Shown piece after piece: positions 39,699 to 49,207 of a stretch of 64,000 nt of DNA. Below the pieces are notes generated by a model. The model worked only from the letters and a program-made list of their open reading frames with translations, did not search any database and had not been told where the DNA came from. The translations under genes were made by a program, and so were the position numbers. This stretch comes from an uncultured Verrucomicrobiae bacterium (GTDB lineage: Bacteria; Chlamydiota; Chlamydiia; Chlamydiales; Rhabdochlamydiaceae), in the NCBI GenBank assembly GCA_963806855.1, contig CAWDYW010000003.1:32001-96000 (forward strand), read 5' to 3'. Position 1 is the first letter of the stretch, and the number at the start of each line of letters is the position of its first letter.

Positions 39699-40664
39699 TT
39701 ATGCCCTTGAGTCTGGGCCTAAGCTAAGTCCTTCTATGTGATCTGTAAAGCTGCTCATCAATTCAAAAAATCTCATCTTCATGCTTTGGTCCCTTTCTTT
39801 GGGATTCACAATCAGCTTAAATACATAGGACATGCGCCAGGTCTTAACATCTGACGGGATTTTTGATTCCTCGATGCTGTGAAGGATATCTCCCTCGAAC
39901 AAAACAATACGCATATTCGAGCAGTTAGCCCTTAAGGCGATTTTCCCATCTTTTTGATAGAAGACAGTTCCCATGCAATACTCAGAGAGAAAGTCTTCTG
40001 CGGTGGTATAGACCATGACCGAGATCAGCCAGGGCTTTCCTGGATCGCCATTGACAAACTTATTGGGATGAAATTCATTTTCCAGGGAATATAGAACGGG
40101 GATGCCAAAAGAGATCCCCCCTTCTGGGTTACAATCTTGATGTTTGCCCAGATCCATGCTTTCTTCAGAGGCTTCTTCAAGCCTGTTGGCAATAACAGCT
40201 GGGGATCCGTGAGAGGCTTGGTCACATAATTCCCAAGGGAGGGTCGTAATATCGGCATTTAGCCCATGCGCAAGCATGCCCAGTAGCTTATAGACTTCAT
40301 CGATCGCCTTGGGCGGATTAGAGAAGAATTGCCACCGCTCTTTTCCATTCATTGAATGAGCAGGCTTTTCCCCTTTTTCTATGGCTTCGGGACTTCCATA
40401 ACTATTTCTGCTAAAGGTGGCGGTTTTGGAGAAGTTCCGCATTTCTTCCCCCTCAGTTTTTAGAAAATAATCATCTAAAAGATAGAGGCTCTTTCCTTCT
40501 ATGGAGGCATGTTTAATCGAGCAGATTCTTAATCTTGAATTAGGAGAGATAAAAGGATGTGGTTCGAAGTGAAAAGTAAGAAGAGAGGTATTGGGATTGC
40601 TATAGTGCTCGTCGAGCAGAACAGTTGAATCTTTTTTGACTTTTGGTTTTTCTAAATCAAGCAT
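39699..40664 (-). CDS. 2OG-Fe(II) oxygenase-like protein
   Basis: HQD (HxD), RIVLFEGDILH and WRMSYVFK facial-triad/2OG pattern. Confidence 0.75.
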   Translation of the reverse strand: MLDLEKPKVKKDSTVLLDEHYSNPNTSLLTFHFEPHPFISPNSRLRICSIKHASIEGKSLYLLDDYFLKTEGEEMRNFSKTATFSRNSYGSPEAIEKGEKPAHSMNGKERWQFFSNPPKAIDEVYKLLGMLAHGLNADITTLPWELCDQASHGSPAVIANRLEEASEESMDLGKHQDCNPEGGISFGIPVLYSLENEFHPNKFVNGDPGKPWLISVMVYTTAEDFLSEYCMGTVFYQKDGKIALRANCSNMRIVLFEGDILHSIEESKIPSDVKTWRMSYVFKLIVNPKERDQSMKMRFFELMSSFTDHIEGLSLGPDSRA

Positions 40665-40666
40665 AA

Positions 40667-41608
40667 TTAAATCTGTTTTTCAATAAGCATAACAAGTGCT
40701 TCGTTATATTTATAATATTCACATGACTTAGGCACATCTACAGTAATTAGCCTTTCATGGTAGTCGACATTTGGGTTGGTAATGATCGATTCGAAGAACT
40801 CGGGGTTTTCGTATTTTGAGATCGGATTGCTGGTAAAACAAGAAAACCGTCCCCCCTTGCCCATGTGGTTTTTAAGGCAAGCTTGAAGGAAGACGAGCAT
40901 GCGATCAGTTCGTTTTTCGATCATTTTCAAACTAGGAGCTTCTTTTTTCTCAAGGCGATATTTGCAAATCAGTTTTTCATACTGCTGCGCGGAAATCTGC
41001 TCGTGTTTCCTTAGCTCATAGGCAAAATTGGCCATTTCAGGTGGATGGAATTGACCAATTTGGCTAAAAAATTCATCGAGATCAGAGTCAGAATAGCGGG
41101 TGCTCATCAATTGGGGCAGCTGCTCTTTAACCGTAGCGATGAGCTCTTTTCCTTTTTGAACAACAAGATTCCCTATTTCGCGTTGATGCGCCCTTTCTGC
41201 CTCAGCTGCAGGCTCGAAATTATTGAAAAAAATGGCGTCAAATATCCCCAGCTTGGGGAGAGCGTTCTCCCACTTATCCTGTATTACCGAGATGGTGGGA
41301 TTATCCTGAGCCCATTTTACAGCTTTTGCAGCAATTTCCGGATCGGATTCAATAATTGTGTGATGTTTAGGATGGTAAGATTGGATACGGGTAGCTGAAT
41401 AGCCTAAAGCAAAGCCCACCTCTAACACTTCACCAGATGGATTTAACTCATCGATTAAAGTTTCTAGGTAGGATTTTTCCCATGCCATCCTAGCCAGCTC
41501 TTTTTTTTGCTCTTGAAAATGGCATTCACTGTTTTTGAGCATATATTCCACAAAAAATCCAATGCTAATTTTATTTTTAAAGTGCCCTATATTTTTTGTT
41601 TCTGTCAA
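40667..41608 (-). CDS. Class I SAM-dependent methyltransferase, GAMT/Rmt2-like (start uncertain)
   Basis: MAWEKSY..VLEVGFALGYSA..HHTIIESDP..WE..FDAIFF. Confidence 0.78.
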   Translation of the reverse strand: MTETKNIGHFKNKISIGFFVEYMLKNSECHFQEQKKELARMAWEKSYLETLIDELNPSGEVLEVGFALGYSATRIQSYHPKHHTIIESDPEIAAKAVKWAQDNPTISVIQDKWENALPKLGIFDAIFFNNFEPAAEAERAHQREIGNLVVQKGKELIATVKEQLPQLMSTRYSDSDLDEFFSQIGQFHPPEMANFAYELRKHEQISAQQYEKLICKYRLEKKEAPSLKMIEKRTDRMLVFLQACLKNHMGKGGRFSCFTSNPISKYENPEFFESIITNPNVDYHERLITVDVPKSCEYYKYNEALVMLIEKQI

Positions 41609-41631
41609 TAAAAAGTAATATTTTTTTTACC

Positions 41632-41664
41632 GCGTCTTTGCAACTTTGCGTCTTTGCGTTGAAA
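41632..41664. repeat. Single arm of the (CTTTGCGT)n repeat upstream of dnaE
   Basis: GCGTCTTTGCAACTTTGCGTCTTTGCGTTGAAA matches the arms at 46431-46509. Confidence 0.75.
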
Positions 41665-41691
41665 TAGGTGTTTTTGTTACTCTGCTGAGGT

Positions 41692-44600
41692 ATGTCTTCT
41701 GCTTGGATTCCACTTCACATTCACTCGCAATATTCGATTCTAGACTCAACTGCGCCTCTGAAAAAGCTGGCTGAAAAGGCGGCTGCTTTTCAGATGCCGG
41801 CTCTGGCTCTGACCGATCAGGGCAATCTGCACGGCGCCGTCGATTTCACCAAAGAGTGCAAGGCCAAAGGGATCAAGCCGATCATCGGATGTGAGCTCTA
41901 TGTCGCCCCTGGGGCCCGCCAGGAAAAAATGAAACTGGGACGGCAAAAGCCAGGCTATCCGATTGTCGTGCTGGCCAAGAATAAAGCTGGCTATAAAAAT
42001 TTATGCAAATTGAGCTCTTTGGCCTACTTGGAGGGGTTTTATTACACTCCGCGGATCGATCGTGATCTCCTCAAGGAGTGCCGTGAAGGGTTGGTTTGTC
42101 TATCAGGGCCTGTTGGGGGGAAGATCGCAGAGCTGATCCTCAATGAGGAGGAGGACAAACTCCTAGAGGAAATTCGGTTTTTTCAAGAACTATTCGGAGA
42201 GGATTTCTATTTTGAATTGACTCGTCATCACATGAGTGAGGAGGCGATGCGCGCGGATGGGATGGACCGGGAGTCGTGGCTGATCCAGGTGGCCCGAGAT
42301 TACCAAGCGAAGCAGGAAAGGGTGATCGCGAAGTTGAAGACTCTTTCAGCGGAGCTATCGATACCTCTCGTCGCTTGCAACGACTCTCGCTATATGGAAA
42401 GAGAGGATTGGCGGGCGCATGAGATTTTAATGAATGTCTCTTCGGGGGAGCCTTGCGAAATTTGGGAGAAAGACTCTCAGGGCAATCCTAAGGAGCGGGT
42501 GCTCAATCCGAAGCGCAAAGTGCTCTTTTCACACGAATTCTATTTTAAATCGCAAGAGCAAATGGCCCAGCTTTTTGCCGATTGCCCTGAGGCACTAGCT
42601 GAGACAATCAAAATCGGTGAGAAATGTCAATTTGAGCTCGATTTTTCATCGAAATTTTATCCTGTATTTGTCCCGCCGCATCTGGAAGGAACGTCTTATA
42701 CATCTGAAGAGAGGGAGCAGTCGGCTGCCCAATTTTTGCGAGATTTATGCCAGAGGGGGCTTCCCAAGCGCTATAATGAGGCTGCTTTGCAAAAGGTGCT
42801 CGAGAAATATCCTGGGGCAGATCCGATGCAAGTGGTGACCAAACGCTTAAGCTATGAGCTCGATTTGATCATCTCCAAGGGGCTCTGCGATTACCTCTTG
42901 ATCGTCTACGACTTCATCGCCTGGGCGAAAAGGCAGGGGATACCGATGGGTCCTGGAAGGGGGTCTGGAGCCGGTTCGATCATCTGTTATTTGACCGAGA
43001 TCACCGACATTGAGCCGCTCCGCTTTAACCTCTTCTTCGAGCGTTTTATCAATCCGGAGCGGATGTCTTATCCTGATATCGACGTCGACATCTGTATGGA
43101 GCGGCGCTCCGAGGTGATCGATTATACCATCCACAAATATGGGAAGGAGAATGTCGCGCAGATTATCACTTTTGGGACGATGAAGGCCAAAATGGCAGTG
43201 AAAGATGTGGGCAGAGTGCTCAGCGTGCCTCTGACCAGAGTCAATGAAATTGCCAAGCTGATCCCCGAAGATCCCAACATGACGCTCGACAAGGCCTTGG
43301 AGCTCGATCCTGATCTGCGCAAGCAGTATGAAAGCAATGCTGAGACCAAGAGGCTGATCGATTTGGCCAAAACGTTAGAAGGCTCTGTACGCAACACCGG
43401 AATCCATGCTGCCGGGCTGATTGTGTGCGCCGATCCGCTGATGGAGCATATTCCAATTTGCAATGCCAAAGATGCCAATGTTCTGGTGACGCAGTACGCG
43501 ATGAAGCCGGTGGAGGCTGTCGGGATGCTCAAGATCGACTTCCTGGGTCTCAAGACCTTGACGGCGATTCAACTAGCTGTCGATGCGATTAAGGAGAGCG
43601 AGAACAAGGAGATCGATTGGGTCAATTTGCCCCTCGAGGATAAAGCGACTTTTGATCTGCTTAATCAAGGAAAGACGCTCGGGATATTCCAGCTAGAATC
43701 GGGTGGGATGCAGGATCTGGCAAAACAGCTGCACATCGATAAATTTGAAGAGATCATTGCGGTCGGCGCTCTCTATCGACCAGGCCCGATGGAGATGATC
43801 CCCTCTTTCATCAATCGCAAACATGGACGAGAAAAAATCGAATTTGACCATCCGGCAATGAAGGATATTTTGGCAGAAACTTATGGGATCATGGTCTACC
43901 AAGAGCAGGTCCAGATGATGGCACAGCAGCTCGCCGGGTATAGCTTGGGCGCTGGAGATATTTTGCGTAAAGCGATGGGGAAAAAGGACCGTGAGGAAAT
44001 GGCCCGTCAAAGGGAGAAGTTCCGGACGGGAGCGCTTGCTAATGGGATCGATGAAAAGACCTCGATGGAGATTTTCGACAAAATTGAAAAATTCGCCTCC
44101 TATGGATTTAACAAAGCTCACGCGACAGCCTATGGCTATTTGAGCTATGTGACTGCCTATTTAAAAGCCAATTACCCCGCCCACTGGATGGCAGCGCTGA
44201 TGACGAGCGATCGCGACGATCTGACCAAGGTGACAAAAATTATCCGCGAATGCCAGGCAATGCATATTGCGATTTTGCCTCCCGATGTCAATGAGTCGGG
44301 GACCGCGTTTGCCGCTGTCGAAAAGGGGATCCGCTTTGCGATGACAGCTGTGAAGGGAGTCGGAGAAGGGGTGGTCGAGGCGATCATCGAAGAGCGGAAG
44401 AAAAATGGTCCATTCAAAACCCTCTACGATTTCATTAAGAGAAACGACACCCACAAAGTAGGTAAGAAGATGATCGAGTGCCTTGCTACCGTCGGGGCTT
44501 TCGATTTCGCTGGATGGACGCGGGCGCAGCTTCTGGCCAGCATTGAGCCAATGGTTCAAGTCGCTCAGAAAGAACAAAAAGATCATCAGAAAGGGGAACT

Positions 44601-45435
44601 CAGCTTCTTTGCTCTAATCGAAGATGAGGACTCTCGCTTTTTGGAGCCCCCACAAGTCGCTCCGCTGACGAAAATGGACGTTTTACGAAGAGAAAAGGAG
44701 CTGCTTGGTTTTTATCTGACCGGACACCCTCTCGACGATGTGAGGGAGCTCATGCAGCGACTCAGTTGTCTTGATTTGGAGCAGATTAACCAGCTCAATT
44801 CAGGCGGCGTCTGCCGAGCCGGCTTTGTGATCGAAAGTGTCAATATCCGTTTGGCATCGGGGTCTGGACGGAAATTTGCCATTTTGACAGTTGGTGATGG
44901 GGAGAGCAGGCAGGAATTGCCGATTTGGTCTGATCAATTTGAAGAAAAAGGGCATCTGCTCCTCGAAAATCAGCTGATTTATACAGTCTTACAAGTGGAA
45001 AAAGGTGAAGATGGCACGCTGCGGCTGCAGTGCCGCTGGCTCGACGATTTGACAAAGGCGAGCGAAGAGATGATCAGGCAGTGCGATGAGGCCTTTGATC
45101 GGGCTCGGATGCAGGCAAAAGTAAAAGGAGGGGCATTTCGCAAAGGGGGCCCACCCAAAGAAAAAGAGAGAAAGATGAAAGAAGAAGAGAAGGCTAGGGC
45201 TCTAAAATTAAAACTGAACGCCAAGATGATGCGTCTTTCCCATATCTTGGAATTAAAGCAAATTTTACGCGGTCAGCCAGGTAAAACAGCGGTTGAGATC
45301 GAGTTTTGGTCAGAAGAAACGCAAGTTGGTAAGCTGGCCATAGAGCCTACTTGGGGCGTAGAATTGACAGGGGAGCTTAGAAAAAGTTTAGAATCGCATC
45401 CAGCAATCATTGACATCATGGTTCAATCGATATAG
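41692..45435 (+). CDS. dnaE: DNA polymerase III alpha subunit
   Basis: PHP motif LHIHSQYSILD, GRGSGAGS, PDIDVD, KIDFLGL and YGFNKAHA. Confidence 0.98.
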   Translation: MSSAWIPLHIHSQYSILDSTAPLKKLAEKAAAFQMPALALTDQGNLHGAVDFTKECKAKGIKPIIGCELYVAPGARQEKMKLGRQKPGYPIVVLAKNKAGYKNLCKLSSLAYLEGFYYTPRIDRDLLKECREGLVCLSGPVGGKIAELILNEEEDKLLEEIRFFQELFGEDFYFELTRHHMSEEAMRADGMDRESWLIQVARDYQAKQERVIAKLKTLSAELSIPLVACNDSRYMEREDWRAHEILMNVSSGEPCEIWEKDSQGNPKERVLNPKRKVLFSHEFYFKSQEQMAQLFADCPEALAETIKIGEKCQFELDFSSKFYPVFVPPHLEGTSYTSEEREQSAAQFLRDLCQRGLPKRYNEAALQKVLEKYPGADPMQVVTKRLSYELDLIISKGLCDYLLIVYDFIAWAKRQGIPMGPGRGSGAGSIICYLTEITDIEPLRFNLFFERFINPERMSYPDIDVDICMERRSEVIDYTIHKYGKENVAQIITFGTMKAKMAVKDVGRVLSVPLTRVNEIAKLIPEDPNMTLDKALELDPDLRKQYESNAETKRLIDLAKTLEGSVRNTGIHAAGLIVCADPLMEHIPICNAKDANVLVTQYAMKPVEAVGMLKIDFLGLKTLTAIQLAVDAIKESENKEIDWVNLPLEDKATFDLLNQGKTLGIFQLESGGMQDLAKQLHIDKFEEIIAVGALYRPGPMEMIPSFINRKHGREKIEFDHPAMKDILAETYGIMVYQEQVQMMAQQLAGYSLGAGDILRKAMGKKDREEMARQREKFRTGALANGIDEKTSMEIFDKIEKFASYGFNKAHATAYGYLSYVTAYLKANYPAHWMAALMTSDRDDLTKVTKIIRECQAMHIAILPPDVNESGTAFAAVEKGIRFAMTAVKGVGEGVVEAIIEERKKNGPFKTLYDFIKRNDTHKVGKKMIECLATVGAFDFAGWTRAQLLASIEPMVQVAQKEQKDHQKGELSFFALIEDEDSRFLEPPQVAPLTKMDVLRREKELLGFYLTGHPLDDVRELMQRLSCLDLEQINQLNSGGVCRAGFVIESVNIRLASGSGRKFAILTVGDGESRQELPIWSDQFEEKGHLLLENQLIYTVLQVEKGEDGTLRLQCRWLDDLTKASEEMIRQCDEAFDRARMQAKVKGGAFRKGGPPKEKERKMKEEEKARALKLKLNAKMMRLSHILELKQILRGQPGKTAVEIEFWSEETQVGKLAIEPTWGVELTGELRKSLESHPAIIDIMVQSI

Positions 45436-45445
45436 AATTGTAGCC

Positions 45446-46414
45446 ATGAAACGATCCATTATTTTTTTAATACTCATTTCTACTAGCTGTTTTGCTAGCC
45501 TGACTCTTAAAAATGGCAAACTTGTCCAGAAAGAAGAGGCGGCCACCGAGTCTGTCCAAGAGCATTATGGTACACTCATGCAAGCCTATGAGGCGCAAGA
45601 ATGGAAGGCTCTTGAAAAAGAGGCGATCATCGTCAGCAAAAGCTTTCCAAATACCCCTTTTGGGCGGGATGCACTCTATTTTTTAGGTGTAGCCTACTTT
45701 AACCAAGAAGATTTTGAACTGGCGAATAGACAGTTCAAAGAGTACTTGACCAATGAAGCCACCCCTAAGTATTTTGAAGAGGCCATTCGACATAAATTTG
45801 AGATCGCCGATCAATTCCGCAACGGGGCGCGCAAACACCTACTCGGATTAAAGAGCATGCCGAAATGGGCACCTGCCGATGATGAAGCTCTCGAAATTTA
45901 CGACGAAGTGATCTCCGCACTTCCACACAATGAAATGGCTGCGAAAGCGCTCTACGGAAAAGCGAAATTACAGTCGAAAGGGGAAGATTACCGGGCTGCG
46001 ATTGAAACATTTCAGACCCTGATCCGGCGCTTCTCAAAGCATCCTCTAGCGGTCGAGAGCTATATCGGAATTGGAGAAATCTATCTCGAACAGAGCAAAG
46101 ACGAATATCCCGATCCCGACTTCCTCGATCTTGCAGAGCTCAACCTGCGCAAATTCAAGACGAGTTTCCCAGGCGAAGAGAAGATTGCAGTCGCGGTCGA
46201 CAATTTACATCAAATGGAAAACCATTATGCTTCTTCCTTCTATGAAACCGCCCAATTTTATGAGCGGACAAAGAAATGGGGCGCCGCGAAGATTTACTAC
46301 ACGAAAATCCTCGCTAGTTTTCCCGACACGCAGCTCGCCGATAGAAGCCGTGCGCGCCTTGAAGTCGTGAATGTAAAAGTTGCTGAGTTCGACGCCAAAA
46401 AAGCTGAGAAATGA
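45446..46414 (+). CDS. bamD: BamD-like TPR outer-membrane assembly protein (CT547-like)
   Basis: Signal peptide and TPR repeats, with YYTKILASFPDT; position after dnaE. Confidence 0.75.
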   Translation: MKRSIIFLILISTSCFASLTLKNGKLVQKEEAATESVQEHYGTLMQAYEAQEWKALEKEAIIVSKSFPNTPFGRDALYFLGVAYFNQEDFELANRQFKEYLTNEATPKYFEEAIRHKFEIADQFRNGARKHLLGLKSMPKWAPADDEALEIYDEVISALPHNEMAAKALYGKAKLQSKGEDYRAAIETFQTLIRRFSKHPLAVESYIGIGEIYLEQSKDEYPDPDFLDLAELNLRKFKTSFPGEEKIAVAVDNLHQMENHYASSFYETAQFYERTKKWGAAKIYYTKILASFPDTQLADRSRARLEVVNVKVAEFDAKKAEK

Positions 46415-47076
46415 TTTTTAATTACTTTTCAACGCAAAGACGCAAAGGCGCAAAGACGCAAAAAAGAATTATATTTTCTTGCGTCTTTGCGCCTTTGCGT
46501 CTTTGCGTTCTCTTCCTAGCTGCCTGCGGGTACCATATGGAGCGAGGCGAAAAGATTTCCATCGCGGTTCCCTATGTCATTGGCGATCACGAAGGGGCCC
46601 TCACCGAAGCGCTCGCCAGAGCGATTTCCCGCACCGCTAACTTTGAATATGCGAAAGACGATGGAGATTGGATTCTTAAGGCCAAGATTCTCAAAGTCAA
46701 TAACGACCGGATTGGCTATCGCTACGACCGAGATGACAAGAGTGGAAAGCGGCGCGATAACATCATTGGAACCGAAAACCGAAAAGAAATATCCGTTGAG
46801 GTTTCGATAGTCGATGCGACGACCGATAAATTGATCGCTGGCCCGCAAGTCATTAAGGCGGATGTGCAGTATGATTATGTCGATCCCAATTCGCTGCAAG
46901 ATCTCTCTTTTATCGATCCAGAAACAGGAAGACGGGTCACTTCTATCGCCTTTTCTTTAGGGCAGCTCGATTCTGTCGGATCGGCCGGAGAAGATGCGAT
47001 CTATCCGATTTATCGAATCCTCGCCCAAAAAATTGTCGACGGTTTGATTGCAGCAGGAGATGAAGATGGAAGCTAA
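46411..47076 (+). CDS. lptE: LptE-like lipoprotein (CT548-like)
   Basis: LAAC-GY lipobox, ISIAVPYVIGD and FSLGQLD; lies between the BamD-like gene and rsbW. Confidence 0.7.
   Translation: MIFNYFSTQRRKGAKTQKRIIFSCVFAPLRLCVLFLAACGYHMERGEKISIAVPYVIGDHEGALTEALARAISRTANFEYAKDDGDWILKAKILKVNNDRIGYRYDRDDKSGKRRDNIIGTENRKEISVEVSIVDATTDKLIAGPQVIKADVQYDYVDPNSLQDLSFIDPETGRRVTSIAFSLGQLDSVGSAGEDAIYPIYRILAQKIVDGLIAAGDEDGS
46431..46509. repeat. Perfect 31-bp inverted repeat of tandem ACGCAAAG units inside the LptE-like 5' end
   Basis: AACGCAAAGACGCAAAGGCGCAAAGACGCAA-N17-TTGCGTCTTTGCGCCTTTGCGTCTTTGCGTT. Confidence 0.92.
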
Positions 47077-47467
47077 ATTTCCAGCCGAAATAGACGCACT
47101 GCCACAGATGCTCAGTTGGGTCAGAGGGCAAATTGAACCGACCGAGCTAGTAGAGAAAGAAAAAAAACGGGTAGAGCTGGCGATGGAAGAGGCGATTGTC
47201 AATGTGATCACACATGGCAAGCCTGGGGAGATCGAGCTGCTGTGCCGCTGTGAACCAGCAGAGAGGATCGAATTTATCTTGAAAGATAGCGGCCCCCCGT
47301 TTAATCCGATTACCGAAGATGAAGATCTCCAAATGGATGTAAATTTGGAAGAGAGGGAGCCGGGGGGACTTGGCCTTTCCATTATGCGTAGATACATGGA
47401 CCTGCTTCTCTATCGTCGTGAAGAGAACCAGAATGTTCTCACAATGATTAAAGTCATTAGCTACTGA
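47066..47467 (+). CDS. rsbW: Anti-sigma factor / Ser kinase RsbW
   Basis: LAMEEAIVNVITH, DSGPPFNP and GGLGL HATPase motifs. Confidence 0.93.
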   Translation: MEAKFPAEIDALPQMLSWVRGQIEPTELVEKEKKRVELAMEEAIVNVITHGKPGEIELLCRCEPAERIEFILKDSGPPFNPITEDEDLQMDVNLEEREPGGLGLSIMRRYMDLLLYRREENQNVLTMIKVISY

Positions 47468-47892
47468 GGTTTTTTGCCGATTGAGGAGATGATCGCATCG
47501 GTATCGATCACTTCGATCAGAAAATGTTGCAAAATCTTCAGAATGAATTTGGGGTTGTTATAGACGCCCGATGTCTCATAAACGAGCTCGAGGTGCGCCT
47601 TATCTTTATGTAGTTGAGAGATATAAGTGTGGGTTGTCGAAACATCCCCCACCATTTTGGGGACAATCCAGATCGCGAATTTCTCATTGAGGAGTGTAAT
47701 TTTATCAGGGGTTTCCAAGACGTGAAAGTACTGGGTCACATCATCGGGCTCCTCTTCATCGAAATCTTCTTGATTCAGTAGCCCCATTTCGCAGAGAGCT
47801 TCGAGATTGATTTGGATGATCCCATCGGGAACCCACTTTTTGAAATTCAGGTTGAAGTTTTGAAAGGCTTCTTCTAGCTCGTTAGGGGTCAT
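47461..47892 (-). CDS. Conserved chlamydial hypothetical protein (CT550-like)
   Basis: FHVLETPDKITL..FAIWIVP; position between rsbW and dacC. Confidence 0.75.
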   Translation of the reverse strand: MTPNELEEAFQNFNLNFKKWVPDGIIQINLEALCEMGLLNQEDFDEEEPDDVTQYFHVLETPDKITLLNEKFAIWIVPKMVGDVSTTHTYISQLHKDKAHLELVYETSGVYNNPKFILKILQHFLIEVIDTDAIISSIGKKPQ

Positions 47893-47959
47893 GGTTCTCC
47901 TTCTGCGCCGGTTCCCTCACTTGACCATATCGGCCTTTTTTTTTAAAGTAGTCATCATT

Positions 47960-49207
47960 ATGAAACGATCATTCTTCGCCATTTCCTTCGCCCTTCTCCT
48001 GGTTGCTGGCCTTCAGGCTCAGCCGCTTAAATGCTCGATCCAGGCAAGATCAGCTATTTTATACAATCCAGATACGGGGGCCATTTTATTTGAGAAAGAG
48101 CCCCACCTACTCCATCATCCCGCCAGCATCATGAAAATCGCGACGGCCCTGTATGTCCTCGAAGAGAAAAAAAGCGATCTGCGGATGCCCTGTTTCGTCT
48201 CAAAGAAAGCGATGGAGATCATGAACGCTACTGTAAAACAGGCCGATTTCGACGCCTATCCCGCTCATATTCTTGAACATGACGGGGTCATGATGGGAAT
48301 TAAGGTTGGCCAAACCTACTCACTTGAAACGATGCTTCATGGACTGCTGCTGCGCTCCGGCAATGATGCAGGCAATGTCATCGCAGAATCCACCGCGGGA
48401 TCGATCGAGAAATTTGTCGAAGAACTCAATGGATACCTCCAATCTAAGGGGATGATAAAAACACATTTCTGCAATCCTCATGGATTGCACCATCCGAACC
48501 AGGTCACCACGGCTTATGAAATGGCCCTGATCACCGCTTTAGCCCTCGAGAACCCCACCTTTGCCAGGATCTTAAAGACAGTCTCCTATGAGGGAGAATA
48601 CTCCATGACAATCGTAAACAAGATTGTCAAGAGCGGTAAGTATAATTACCCCAAGAGCTTAGGGGCCAAGATCGGATACACCGCCGATGCGGGTCACAAT
48701 TTTGTTGCTGTTGCTGAGGAAAATGGGCGACGGCTCATCGTCGTGTTACTTGGATGTAAAACCAGAGATGATCGCTTTAAAGAAGCCATGGCTCTTTTCG
48801 AAGCCGCATTTCGAGAGAAGAAGAAAGATCGACTCCTTTTCCCCAAGGAACATGAGTGTTTTATTCGCAAGATTCCAAAAGCCAGTGGCCCATTGAAGGG
48901 CCGTCTTGATCGCGATGTGGTGGTTTCCTATTTCCCTTCGGAGGAAAAAGAGCTGAAGGCGCGGCTCATTTGGAATAGCTTAGAGTTGCCCATCCCGGCT
49001 GGAAAAGAGATAGGGAAGCTACTGGTGGAGGATGTGACCGGCAAAACAATCGTCGAGACACCTCTCTTTTCTGAAACCGGGCTAAAGAAAGCGGTGATCT
49101 ATCAAATTCTCGACTTTGCGAAGCAGATCGCCATCTGGGGCACGGTTCTATTTGCCCTGGTGATAGCTTTTAAGTTTTTCAAAAAGCGCCCCAAAATCGA
49201 CAAGTGA
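47960..49207 (+). CDS. dacC: D-alanyl-D-alanine carboxypeptidase (S11)
   Basis: PASIMK, SGNDA, NPHGL and AKIGYT. Confidence 0.9.
   Translation: MKRSFFAISFALLLVAGLQAQPLKCSIQARSAILYNPDTGAILFEKEPHLLHHPASIMKIATALYVLEEKKSDLRMPCFVSKKAMEIMNATVKQADFDAYPAHILEHDGVMMGIKVGQTYSLETMLHGLLLRSGNDAGNVIAESTAGSIEKFVEELNGYLQSKGMIKTHFCNPHGLHHPNQVTTAYEMALITALALENPTFARILKTVSYEGEYSMTIVNKIVKSGKYNYPKSLGAKIGYTADAGHNFVAVAEENGRRLIVVLLGCKTRDDRFKEAMALFEAAFREKKKDRLLFPKEHECFIRKIPKASGPLKGRLDRDVVVSYFPSEEKELKARLIWNSLELPIPAGKEIGKLLVEDVTGKTIVETPLFSETGLKKAVIYQILDFAKQIAIWGTVLFALVIAFKFFKKRPKIDK

Noticed and set aside
28408..39906. Classical integron
   Set aside because: No intI gene, no consistent RYYYAAC/GTTRRRY attC boxes, and cargo lies in both orientations.
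41692..45435. Intein or insertion in dnaE
   Set aside because: Length is typical for chlamydial DnaE and no intein splice motifs were seen.
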